A stretch of DNA of 64,000 nt from Candidatus Buchananbacteria bacterium (GTDB taxonomy: Bacteria; Patescibacteriota; Patescibacteriia; Buchananbacterales; UBA6539). Both the position numbers and the translations under genes were made by a program. Shown here one piece after another: positions 9,831-17,782 of this stretch. Numbering within the stretch: position 1 is the first letter of the stretch; every line of letters starts with the position of its first letter. Location of the stretch: contig JBAYLH010000001.1 of assembly GCA_041664165.1 (NCBI GenBank), forward strand, positions 73,469 through 137,468, given 5' to 3'. The notes beneath the pieces were generated by a model. That model did not search any database. It was not told the origin of the DNA and worked only from the letters and a program-made list of their open reading frames with translations.

Positions 9831-10625
9831 TTAGTGGCGCCAAGCCCTGCGGTGACCGCGCATCCTTTCCGCCGCGCCGGCTTCTTCGTCGCGGATTACT
9901 TTGCCGGTTAGATTCAAAAAGGCATCTTCCAAAGTTTGAGTGCTAGTTTTTTGCTTTAATTCAGCCGGACTGCCGGCGGCAATGATTTTACCATGGTCAA
10001 TAATGGCGACCTGGCCGGCAGCGCGATCCGCTTCTTCCATGTAATGAGTCGTAAAAAACACCGTCATGCCTTCGTCTTTATTTAATTTTTTAATGTAATT
10101 CCAAATATGATTTCGCGTCTGCGGATCAAGTCCCAAAGTCGGCTCGTCTAAAAATAAAATTTTAGGGTGATGAATTAGGCCGCGGGCGATTTCTAACCTT
10201 CTTTTCATCCCGCCGGAAAACTTTTTAACTAGTTCATTTTTACGATCCCAAAGTTCGACGAATTTCAGCATCTCTTCAATCCGCTCGCGCCTGACTTTTT
10301 TTGGCACGCCATAAAGTACGCCGTGAAATTCCAAATTTTCCCAGGCCGTTAATTCATCGTCCAAACTTTGATCCTGAAACACAATGCCAAAAGAATGCCG
10401 AACCGCATCCTGAGCCGTTACCGGATCATAACCGTTAACTGAAATTTTGCCATCAGTCGGCGAAAGCAAAGTCGTCAGCATCTTGATCGTCGTGGTTTTG
10501 CCCGCGCCGTTTGGCCCCAAAAAAGCAAAAATACCCCCTTTTTCCACATTGAAGGAGATATTGTCCACGGCCGTAAAATTACCGAATTTTTTGGTTAAAT
10601 TTGCAACATCAATCATAGTTTGCAT
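9831..10625 (-). CDS. ABC exporter ATPase (DrrA-like)
   Basis: GPNGAGKTT, FSGGMKRR, LFLDEPTLGLD, TTHYMEEA. Confidence 0.96.
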   Translation of the reverse strand: MQTMIDVANLTKKFGNFTAVDNISFNVEKGGIFAFLGPNGAGKTTTIKMLTTLLSPTDGKISVNGYDPVTAQDAVRHSFGIVFQDQSLDDELTAWENLEFHGVLYGVPKKVRRERIEEMLKFVELWDRKNELVKKFSGGMKRRLEIARGLIHHPKILFLDEPTLGLDPQTRNHIWNYIKKLNKDEGMTVFFTTHYMEEADRAAGQVAIIDHGKIIAAGSPAELKQKTSTQTLEDAFLNLTGKVIRDEEAGAAERMRGHRRAWRH

Positions 10626-10701
10626 TTCCTAACTTACAAAAATTATACCATTATCACCCTTGAGTGTAAAACTAAAATTATGCTTAATTGAGAAACATAA
10701 T

Positions 10702-10731
10702 AAAAAAAAGACTGGGTGTAAATCCAGTCTT
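10702..10731 (-). terminator. Terminator of the Leu-leader cassette
   Basis: Minus strand aagactggatttacacccagtc followed by a T tract. Confidence 0.75.
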
Positions 10732-10744
10732 CACAAAGGTCAAT

Positions 10745-11104
10745 CTAGGCCGAAAGAACTCCCTCATCTAAGAAGGCGGCCATAGTTCTAAGACCATCCA
10801 ACTTCTTTTCGAGAATCAATTTTGCATCTTCTGTTTGTTGGTTTAGAAACTGGCGAAATTCACCGGCAAAACTACCCCCCAAGGCAAACCTCACGCTGTA
10901 CTGGCCGCCAGTTGAGCTTGATCCCGAAAAATGGAGAACAAAACTATCATTCCCATTAGTCCCAAATGTTGCCTCATGCCAAACATCTTGAGGAAAGGGT
11001 ATCTGCCACAAGAACTTAACTACCTCCCGGCACTCTGGCGGCAAAGACCCAATGTTATCCTCGGTTACTTCCCCTATCTTTGGAAAAAAAAGTTTGATCC
11101 TCAT
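10745..11104 (-). CDS. Hypothetical protein downstream of the Leu-rich attenuator
   Basis: 119 aa, strong SD aaggaggg, own terminator. Confidence 0.75.
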   Translation of the reverse strand: MRIKLFFPKIGEVTEDNIGSLPPECREVVKFLWQIPFPQDVWHEATFGTNGNDSFVLHFSGSSSTGGQYSVRFALGGSFAGEFRQFLNQQTEDAKLILEKKLDGLRTMAAFLDEGVLSA

Positions 11105-11163
11105 TGCACTCCCTCCTTTTACCCATTCGGGTCTAAGTTGTCAAAAAAACTTCGCCGCTAATT

Positions 11164-11186
11164 AAAACAACCTTCCGGGTGGAAGG
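11164..11186 (-). terminator. Attenuator terminator (Leu leader)
   Basis: Minus strand ccttcc-accc-ggaagg-ttgtttt; ccttccaccc is exactly complementary to gggtggaagg in the leader ORF. Confidence 0.85.
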
Positions 11187-11224
11187 CCTTGTTTGACTTG
11201 TCAGCTTGCTTTTTGGCTGACTAA

Positions 11225-11308
11225 TTAACTATGGCTAAACCTTCCACCCTGAGGCTGGAGCAACAACAAACCTAACAATAAATTGGTTTGGGTAAAGGTT
11301 AATTTCAT
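11225..11308 (-). CDS. Leu-rich attenuator leader peptide (27 aa)
   Basis: MKLTFTQTNLLLGLLLLQPQGGRFSHS; promoter TTGACA-17-TAAGCT at 11318-11346. Confidence 0.85.
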   Translation of the reverse strand: MKLTFTQTNLLLGLLLLQPQGGRFSHS

Positions 11309-11345
11309 AGTGATTTCAGCTTATTGTATCCCGAAAAAATTGTCA

Positions 11346-11462
11346 ACCCGGTAGTAGTCCCTCACTTTCAGATAGAGAAAATGCTTGAACATCTATTATT
11401 ACAAATAAAATAAAAATAATTATTTTTATTTTATTTGATGAAGTGAGGGATCACTACCGGGT
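11346..11462. repeat. Miniature inverted-repeat element with internal 36-bp perfect palindrome
   Basis: acccggtagt-ag-tccctcactt ... aagtgaggga-tc-actaccgggt; 11402-11437 is self-complementary. Confidence 0.65.
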
Positions 11463-11521
11463 CAAATTGCCGGTTTGGACTAAAAGAAAAAACCCGCAGT
11501 CAAGACGACTACGGGTCGAAA

Positions 11522-11794
11522 TCAGAGCTTAACGCCGCAATTGGCCAAATCCTCCAACGTCCTGGCGTCAGGCTCAACGCCATGGTTTTCCTTAAGCGCC
11601 CGGATAACAGCCGGAACGCAACGATCGCGCAGATCAGCCAGTCTGGCTTCTCTTCGGCCGTTTTTTTCGCTGCCGGATTGAGATGTTTTTCTCAATTTGC
11701 CTATTAGCCCAAACATCTCCGTGATATGCCATCTTAGCCGCCATTTCAGGCATAAAACATTCGGCAAGACTTTTTCACTACCAGTGCCTGTCAT
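11522..11794 (-). CDS. Hypothetical protein
   Basis: 90 aa, SD cggagg, 16 bp downstream of 11811..12458, followed by a terminator at about 11488-11517. Confidence 0.7.
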   Translation of the reverse strand: MTGTGSEKVLPNVLCLKWRLRWHITEMFGLIGKLRKTSQSGSEKNGRREARLADLRDRCVPAVIRALKENHGVEPDARTLEDLANCGVKL

Positions 11795-11810
11795 GAAAGT
11801 ATCCTCCGTT

Positions 11811-12458
11811 TCAAGCTACAGTCGTAGCGCCAATGGCAATCGTTGCAAAATCGTTAAGATCGGGCGTAGCCCAGTCAACCCAGCTTTTACAGCAACTGAC
11901 CGGAAAATCGACAATGATAATCCCGGCCTCAGGATCAACGCGCAAGGCAATCCGATGGTCAGTGGTAATACCACGAAACTGGCAATACCACTCGGGCCAA
12001 TCTTGCAGTTTGACGACATCTCTGCACCAGAAATAACCCCAGCCAAAGTCAGGATACTTACCCTCCGGGTCTTGGCGCTGATAGGCAAAGATCGCAGCAA
12101 TGGCTTCAACGGCCGAAATCGGCTGAAAATTCTCCGGCAGCTGCTCGGCCTGCTGGTCAAAGGTCTGACCGTGAACTTTGCCGCTATCGGCAACGGCCAA
12201 AAAATGACACTGACTAACTGGCGACTGGCGCAAAAATGCCATCTGCCTGTAGCGGCCAAAAAGCGGATGATCCCGAAACTGGCACTCGTTTAGCCACCGT
12301 GGTCGCGAGCCAAAACCCCGCGTCCAACCGGCAATGGAATCCGGTTCACCAACGACTGGCTGAGCCTCAATTGTGACAAAATCTTCACTTGCCAGCCTGC
12401 CAGCGGCCAGCGGCGTATGACCAGTGATCCCCTTGGCTGATTCCAACAATGCTCCCAT
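11811..12458 (-). CDS. Hypothetical protein, possibly divergent C-type-lectin/FGE-like fold
   Basis: 215 aa, SD aaggaggg; TFDQQAEQLP..PISAVE..YFWCRD pattern; fold guess is weak. Confidence 0.7.
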   Translation of the reverse strand: MGALLESAKGITGHTPLAAGRLASEDFVTIEAQPVVGEPDSIAGWTRGFGSRPRWLNECQFRDHPLFGRYRQMAFLRQSPVSQCHFLAVADSGKVHGQTFDQQAEQLPENFQPISAVEAIAAIFAYQRQDPEGKYPDFGWGYFWCRDVVKLQDWPEWYCQFRGITTDHRIALRVDPEAGIIIVDFPVSCCKSWVDWATPDLNDFATIAIGATTVA

Positions 12459-12517
12459 CGCTTTTGACCCTCCTTCTAATTACGGCCAATCTCCAGACTT
12501 AATAATGACAATGAACC

Positions 12518-12547
12518 AAAAAACAAAAACTAGTCATTTTAGACTAG
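12518..12547 (-). terminator. Attenuator terminator (third leader)
   Basis: Minus strand ctagtc-taaaat-gactag-tttttgtttttt; tacctagtct can pair with agactgggta in the leader. Confidence 0.75.
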
Positions 12548-12581
12548 GTAATTGCTGCTAATTGCTATTGTTTAAGCCAAA

Positions 12582-12650
12582 CTACCCAGTCTTTTGACCA
12601 GCTACCAATACGGTTCTGCCGTCTAAAATTTGGCAAGCTATAGATTTCAT
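12582..12650 (-). CDS. Putative attenuator leader peptide (22 aa)
   Basis: MKSIACQILDGRTVLVAGQKTG; ATG 6 nt after the -10 of TTGACA-16-TAAACT. Confidence 0.65.
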   Translation of the reverse strand: MKSIACQILDGRTVLVAGQKTG

Positions 12651-12767
12651 AAATCCAGTTTAACAGACTTAAAAAATATGTCAAACCGACCACTAAAAAC
12701 CTTAAAAAAAAGAGGAGTCAACTAACAAAAGCAGTTGACCCCAACTAATAACTTGATTAGTCCGGTC

Positions 12768-13142
12768 TTAGCCGAGAATCTTTTCAAGCCTCAACTCCGG
12801 TTCGCCATTTTGACGAAGGCCATTGTAACGAATACAAAGAGCAATAAGGATTGCTACTGGTTCGCTACGATCGTTACCAATAGCTTGACCACCGCCAACA
12901 AATGATACCGAGGCTCTTTGGTCTTTGAAGGTATGTTCTTCCACCTCCGGCAAATTTGAACCAGCCGGCAAAATCTGCACTAAGGCCAGTCGTACTGCTT
13001 TAGCCAAACTTAAGTCTCTACTAATGAATTCTTGTTTTGAGCTTGAACATGAAACAGCCACTTCAAATTGTTGCCCCTCCTGACCGCCGGTTACGCGCAT
13101 TTGTTTCCAATTCACATAAATACGGCCATTACCTTGCCTCAT
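12768..13142 (-). CDS. Hypothetical protein resembling a stand-alone LeuA/CimA allosteric domain
   Basis: Start moved to ATG 13142 after SD aggaggag (124 aa); beta-beta-beta-alpha pattern twice: ..SLAKAVRLAL.. and ..GQAIGNDRSEPVAILIALCIRYN. Confidence 0.6.
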   Translation of the reverse strand: MRQGNGRIYVNWKQMRVTGGQEGQQFEVAVSCSSSKQEFISRDLSLAKAVRLALVQILPAGSNLPEVEEHTFKDQRASVSFVGGGQAIGNDRSEPVAILIALCIRYNGLRQNGEPELRLEKILG

Positions 13143-13214
13143 ACTATCACTCCTCCTAGACCAGTTCCCTGACGCCACTCTCAGCTAAGCCTTGTTCTAC
13201 TAAGCAAGACAATT

Positions 13215-13238
13215 AAAAAAACCTTCCGGGTGGAAGGT
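13215..13238 (-). terminator. Attenuator terminator (Ile leader)
   Basis: Minus strand accttcc-accc-ggaaggt plus T tract, same core as the Leu cassette; pairs alternatively with gggtggaag in the leader. Confidence 0.87.
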
Positions 13239-13263
13239 CTCTTGTATCGTCTAACTTGGTAGT

Positions 13264-13341
13264 TTACATACTGCTAAGACTTCCACCCAAAGGCTGGCTA
13301 ATGATAATGCCGATAATAATATTGCGCTGGATTGAAGTCAT
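13264..13341 (-). CDS. Ile-rich attenuator leader peptide (25 aa)
   Basis: MTSIQRNIIIGIIISQPLGGSLSSM; promoter TTGACT-17-TAAGAT at 13357-13385. Confidence 0.87.
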   Translation of the reverse strand: MTSIQRNIIIGIIISQPLGGSLSSM

Positions 13342-13388
13342 ATTTTTAATATTAGTATCTTAAACCATCGGCAAAAATCAGTCAAGAC

Positions 13389-13574
13389 CTAATTATAACT
13401 AATTAAACTACCGATAGTTGCCGCCTGCGCCTGAAAAGCATAAGCCGCCCAGCCGAGAAAAAATAATAAAATCATGATGGAAAGAATGGAAAAACCCAAA
13501 AACAAACCGGCTTCACGCAGACTTTGGACTCGTGATTTCGGCTTAGAGCGATAATTTTTGCTTAAATATGGCAT
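13389..13574 (-). CDS. Small single-pass membrane protein
   Basis: 61 aa, basic N-terminus then a hydrophobic helix. Confidence 0.6.
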   Translation of the reverse strand: MPYLSKNYRSKPKSRVQSLREAGLFLGFSILSIMILLFFLGWAAYAFQAQAATIGSLISYN

Positions 13575-13604
13575 TTTTTATCTCATTAAAAAACCTAACT
13601 AAAC

Positions 13605-13781
13605 TTATTCAATATGATCGTGAATAAACTTAATTAGGTCTTTTTCGAATACGCGATAAGTTTTATGGCCGATTTTTGCCGCCCGCAATTGCTTAGAAGA
13701 AACCCAGCGGTAAACCGTTTTTAGGCTTACTTTCATTATCCCGGCAACCTCTTCCAAGGTGAGAATTCGGTAGCTAGACAC
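13605..13781 (-). CDS. Excisionase/BldC-like HTH DNA-binding protein
   Basis: Manual translation from GTG (58 aa): VSSYRILTLEEVAGIMKVSLKTVYRWVSSKQLRAAKIGHKTYRVFEKDLIKFIHDHIE. Confidence 0.88.
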   Translation of the reverse strand: MSSYRILTLEEVAGIMKVSLKTVYRWVSSKQLRAAKIGHKTYRVFEKDLIKFIHDHIE

Positions 13782-13821
13782 GTTTTTTGCTTAGTGGCTC
13801 CATGAGTTTAATTGTAAAAGA

Positions 13822-13871
13822 TTTTGTCCATCATTGTCAAGCATAAGTTAATCATTGTCCACCATTGTCCA
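13822..13871. promoter_or_regulatory. Four (ca)ttgtc(c/a)a direct repeats in two 10-bp-spaced pairs; putative operator
   Basis: tttgtccatcattgtcaa and atcattgtccaccattgtcca; one repeat is a minus-strand TTGACA. Confidence 0.55.
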
Positions 13872-13969
13872 GTATGCCGGAATTTAAACTATCATAAAAA
13901 ATGACCTATTAAAGCCATTTTTTATCAATTTATCTAATTTTTTTGGTAACCTATTCAACCACTAGCCAC

Positions 13970-14569
13970 CTAGCCAAACATGACATCCTCGTCGGTCCTT
14001 TTGTAGTTATCCACAATATCAACATTTTTAAACCAAAGCTGTTCTTCATATTTAGCTTCTTCGGGATTGCCGGAAGCATGCATAATATTATGAACGGCTC
14101 GCTTTTTAACATTAGCCAAAGCCGGCGAATCAATCGAAAAATCTCCTCTGATTGTTCCCGGCGTGGCAAAAACCGGCAGAGTATTTCCAGCCAAAGTCCG
14201 GACATTATCAATGGCGTGAACGCCTTCGAGCAAAATCGCCACCACCGGTCCGGAAGTGATAAATTCAACGTTCCATTTATTGACCATTTTGCCGATATCT
14301 TCCGCCGTTAAATCGCCGAATTCTTCTTTCGGATCCCGGCCGTATTTTTCGTAAGTGTCTAAAGTTTTTTGGCCGATTCCTTTCATTAATTCCGTCCGGC
14401 TTTCGGGATAATGTTTGCCGGCTAAAACTTCGTCAACCCAGACTAATTTTAAAGCTTTTATTTTCAAGCCCATTTTCTCAAAGCGGGAAATAACTTCGCC
14501 AATCAAACCGCGCTTAACGCCGTCAGGTTTAATTAAGACAATTGTTCTTTCTAGTTGTAGATCTGACAT
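13970..14569 (-). CDS. ndk: Nucleoside diphosphate kinase
   Basis: IKPDGVKRGLIG, PGTIRGDF, NIMHAS. Confidence 0.96.
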   Translation of the reverse strand: MSDLQLERTIVLIKPDGVKRGLIGEVISRFEKMGLKIKALKLVWVDEVLAGKHYPESRTELMKGIGQKTLDTYEKYGRDPKEEFGDLTAEDIGKMVNKWNVEFITSGPVVAILLEGVHAIDNVRTLAGNTLPVFATPGTIRGDFSIDSPALANVKKRAVHNIMHASGNPEEAKYEEQLWFKNVDIVDNYKRTDEDVMFG

Positions 14570-14574
14570 ATTTT

Positions 14575-14617
14575 AGAAATTAGGAATTAGGAATTAGGAA
14601 TTAGGAATTAGGATTAG
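14575..14617. repeat. Heptamer tandem repeat (aattagg)n
   Basis: About five to six copies directly visible. Confidence 0.9.
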
Positions 14618-14640
14618 TTCTACTTCCTACTTCCCAGCCC

Positions 14641-15021
14641 TTACTTGTCCAAATATGATTTAATTTTATCGACGATTTGCGCCGGCGTCATTGAAGCTTT
14701 AACAATATAGCCGTCGGCACCCAATTGCTTGCCTTTTTCAATATCGCTTTCCTGGCCTAAATTAGAAAGCATCAAAATCGGCGTATCTTTGGTTTTAGGA
14801 TTTTTTCTTAATTCGACTAAAACCGCAAAGCCATCCATTTTCGGCATCATGATATCCAATAAAATCACCTGCGGCAATTCTTTCAAGGCCAAGTCCAATC
14901 CAGCCAAGCCGTCAGCCGCCGTTATTAAATTAAGCTGAACTTCTTTAAATTTTAGAGCATACATCTCTAGCAAGGTATCATCATCTTCAACTAGCAAAAT
15001 TTTGGCGCTGATATTACTCAT
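14641..15021 (-). CDS. Stand-alone response regulator receiver
   Basis: LLVEDD, LLDIMMPKMDG, YIVK. Confidence 0.93.
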   Translation of the reverse strand: MSNISAKILLVEDDDTLLEMYALKFKEVQLNLITAADGLAGLDLALKELPQVILLDIMMPKMDGFAVLVELRKNPKTKDTPILMLSNLGQESDIEKGKQLGADGYIVKASMTPAQIVDKIKSYLDK

Positions 15022-15031
15022 ATACTAAATA

Positions 15032-15922
15032 TTATAGCAGATTTCTGATTTTTTTCAAGGGCGTAATTTTTTCAAAATAAAACTGCTGGCCGGTGCTGTA
15101 AAAATATAAATCGCCGTCAAAATCGGTTCGAAAAATTTTCGCGCCAATCGACTGCAGTTCATCAATGGTTTTTTGCTGGGGCAAGCCAAATTTATTATCC
15201 AGGCCGCAAGGAATGACGGCATAAATTGGCTTTACCGCCTGCAAAAATAACGGGTTATTGGCATTGCCCGAGCCATGATGGCCGACTTTTAAAATTTCCG
15301 CCCGCAAGTCAAGATTTTCTCTGACTAAGTCTTCTTCAATTTCCAAATCCCCCGGCAAAAGAACCGCGGTTTGGCCGTAAACCAACTTCAAAACTATTGA
15401 GCTGTCATTTAAATTTTTAATTTTCTCCGTTTTTAAGCTGGTCTCGGGAAATAAAATAAAAAAATTTGTCTTGCTGCCCAATGGCATAATTCCCCGCCGG
15501 TTTAAAATTTCAATTTCAATCTTATTTTGCCGAGCCAAATTGAGAAATAGCTGATACTCAAAAAGCTGGCTTGTAACATCGGTGATTAAAATTTTTTTGA
15601 CTTGGTATCTTTTTAAAACTTCAATCAAACCGACAACATGATCGGCGTGCGGATGGGTTAAAACCATTAGATCAATCTTGCGGTCATAAAAGGGCAAATA
15701 TTTACCCAATCCGTAAATCACCTCGTTATCCGGCCCGCCGTCCACCAAGATATTATGGCGATCCGGGGTGATAATTAAAGTGGCGTCGCCTTGGCCAACC
15801 GCCAAAAAATAAACTGCCAAATTTCTCGGCTGAAGCGCCAAAAATAAAAAAACTGCCAAAATAACAATGCCGGCGATAACTGCCAGATAAAACTTTAAAA
15901 TTCTGTTTTTAATCTTAGACAT
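15032..15922 (-). CDS. ComEC-associated metallo-beta-lactamase domain protein
   Basis: VGQGDA, THPHADHVVG, KVGHHGS. Confidence 0.93.
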   Translation of the reverse strand: MSKIKNRILKFYLAVIAGIVILAVFLFLALQPRNLAVYFLAVGQGDATLIITPDRHNILVDGGPDNEVIYGLGKYLPFYDRKIDLMVLTHPHADHVVGLIEVLKRYQVKKILITDVTSQLFEYQLFLNLARQNKIEIEILNRRGIMPLGSKTNFFILFPETSLKTEKIKNLNDSSIVLKLVYGQTAVLLPGDLEIEEDLVRENLDLRAEILKVGHHGSGNANNPLFLQAVKPIYAVIPCGLDNKFGLPQQKTIDELQSIGAKIFRTDFDGDLYFYSTGQQFYFEKITPLKKIRNLL

Positions 15923-15925
15923 AAA

Positions 15926-17314
15926 TTATAGGCTAATGGCGGCAAAAGGGATGGCGGCAAAAAATTCCACGACTTTAATTAAATAAGTTAAGCCCAGCCA
16001 AAGCGGGAAAAACAGCGCCGAATAGGAAAAAAATAAGCTTAAAAATAAAACCACAAAACCGGCAATGGTTAAAAACGGCAAAAGTGCTACCACGAATAAA
16101 TTAGTAATCGGGCCAATCAATGACAACCGGCCGAAGTTATAAATAATCAAAGGCAAAGTCGACAGCTGAGCCGCTAAAGTCATTTGCAGCGATTCTTTAA
16201 CTCCCAAAAAATTGGAAAACTTAGAAAACCTATTTTCTAAAAGCGGCAGAAAATAAATCAGACCCAAGACCGCTAAAAATGACAGCTGAAAACCGACGTC
16301 ATCGCGCAAAATTTTGGGATTAATAAAAATCATCGCGGCGGCGGTAAAAATCAAGGCGTTAGCTGCTCGGTTCAGCCGACCCAAATGACGAGCCAGCAGC
16401 GCCAAATAACCCATAATCGCCGCCCGCACCGCTGAGGCCGGCGCCCCGACCAAAATAATATAAAAAATCAGGGCAAAGGTAATCAGCCAAAACGCTTTTT
16501 TCCGAGAAATATAAAAATTCAAAAGTAAGTCAAGCAGCAAGGCGGAAATAATCGTGATATTCATGCCGGAAATCGCGATTAGATGCGTCGTAGCGGTGAT
16601 ATTGAATTTATCCATCAAGGCCTGGGGTAATCCCCTTCTGGCGCCTAAAATTATGGCAGCAAACAAGCTGGCCTGGGGTTCGGGCAAATTGGAATTAATG
16701 ATTTGCAGCAGTTTATTTTTGAAACCAAAAATCTCAGTTAAAAGCCAGTCGCCATTGCCGGCGGCGATTAATTTTATTTTAGGATAAATACATTCGCTAT
16801 AGATACCGTCTTTGGCTAAATAGCGGTCATAGGCAAAATCAGCAAAGCTCTGGGGCGCGGACAAGCGGCAGCTGACCGTCACTAAATCGCCATATTGATA
16901 TTGGGGATACAAATTGGCCGTTACCAAAACTTGGCCGGAAATTTTTGAGTTGCCACTAATTTTTGCTATTTCCAAAACAGAAATTATCAATCTGATCCGG
17001 TTAGTCCTAATATCCGGCTCTTCGGTAACTACTCCGGTAAAATCAATTTTCTGGCTATTATAAAACCAAATTTTTGTTTCATTAGTCACTGGCAAAGACA
17101 GCTGGTAACGGAAAATACCAAAAATAAAAATGATGCCACCGATCAGAATCCACCGATAAAATTGCCTGGGCCAAAGCAACGACAACAAGATTAAAAAAAA
17201 GAGAATAAATAAACCCAGATAAAAATAATCAAAAAAAACAAACGAGGCTAAGCCAACCCCGGCAATAAAACAAAGAAGAAAATAACAAAAAATTTTAGAC
17301 TGGCTATTAAACAT
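15926..17314 (-). CDS. comEC: ComEC/Rec2 competence channel, MBL domain split off
   Basis: HLIAISGMNI, SAVRAAIM, GFQLSFLA. Confidence 0.93.
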   Translation of the reverse strand: MFNSQSKIFCYFLLCFIAGVGLASFVFFDYFYLGLFILFFLILLSLLWPRQFYRWILIGGIIFIFGIFRYQLSLPVTNETKIWFYNSQKIDFTGVVTEEPDIRTNRIRLIISVLEIAKISGNSKISGQVLVTANLYPQYQYGDLVTVSCRLSAPQSFADFAYDRYLAKDGIYSECIYPKIKLIAAGNGDWLLTEIFGFKNKLLQIINSNLPEPQASLFAAIILGARRGLPQALMDKFNITATTHLIAISGMNITIISALLLDLLLNFYISRKKAFWLITFALIFYIILVGAPASAVRAAIMGYLALLARHLGRLNRAANALIFTAAAMIFINPKILRDDVGFQLSFLAVLGLIYFLPLLENRFSKFSNFLGVKESLQMTLAAQLSTLPLIIYNFGRLSLIGPITNLFVVALLPFLTIAGFVVLFLSLFFSYSALFFPLWLGLTYLIKVVEFFAAIPFAAISL

Positions 17315-17405
17315 GGTAATGGGACACGGATCAAATAAATTAAACGGATTTGCACGAATCTAATCCGTGCCAATCTATCTCATCCGTGTTTATCCGCGTT
17401 CTATT
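17314..17405. repeat. 92-bp direct repeat, copy 1
   Basis: Identical by eye to 17783-17874. Confidence 0.95.
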
Positions 17406-17780
17406 ATTTTTTATTTTATTATCATAAATTTTCCTTTTAAACTGCGGCTGCTTGCCGAAGTTAAACAACAATCCTACTTCAAACTCGGTTGCTTTTAAAT
17501 AATTCAATAACTGGGCTTCATGTTCTGGGCATAAATTTTCAGCGGCTTTCAGCTCTAAAATAATTTTATCTCCTGCGACAATATCGGCAAAATAATCACC
17601 TACTAAATTCTCATGATAATAAACCTTGATGGGAACCTGCCTACGACATAATAGACCTAGTCTGAATAATTCAATTGCCATTGCATTTTCATAAACTTTT
17701 TCTAGAAATCCATAGCCCAATTCATTATAAACATTGTAGAATGCTCTGATTATTAATTCTGATTCTTGTTCATATTTCAT
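17340..17780 (-). CDS. GxxExxY protein (PD-(D/E)XK-like)
   Basis: LGYGFLEKVYE, ADIV...ILELKA, QLLNYLKAT, GLLFNFG. Confidence 0.95.
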   Translation of the reverse strand: MKYEQESELIIRAFYNVYNELGYGFLEKVYENAMAIELFRLGLLCRRQVPIKVYYHENLVGDYFADIVAGDKIILELKAAENLCPEHEAQLLNYLKATEFEVGLLFNFGKQPQFKRKIYDNKIKNNRTRINTDEIDWHGLDSCKSV

Positions 17781-17782
17781 AT

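Noticed and set aside
11697-12293. 198-aa plus-strand ORF and 147-aa alternative-frame ORF
   Set aside because: Shadows of the SD-led minus-strand genes in the cassette
11811-12458. Diversity-generating retroelement target
   Set aside because: Fold resemblance is weak; no reverse transcriptase or template/variable repeat pair seen in the window
6102-13400. tRNA-anchored integrative element or prophage
   Set aside because: No integrase or phage genes, and I saw no duplicated tRNA 3' end
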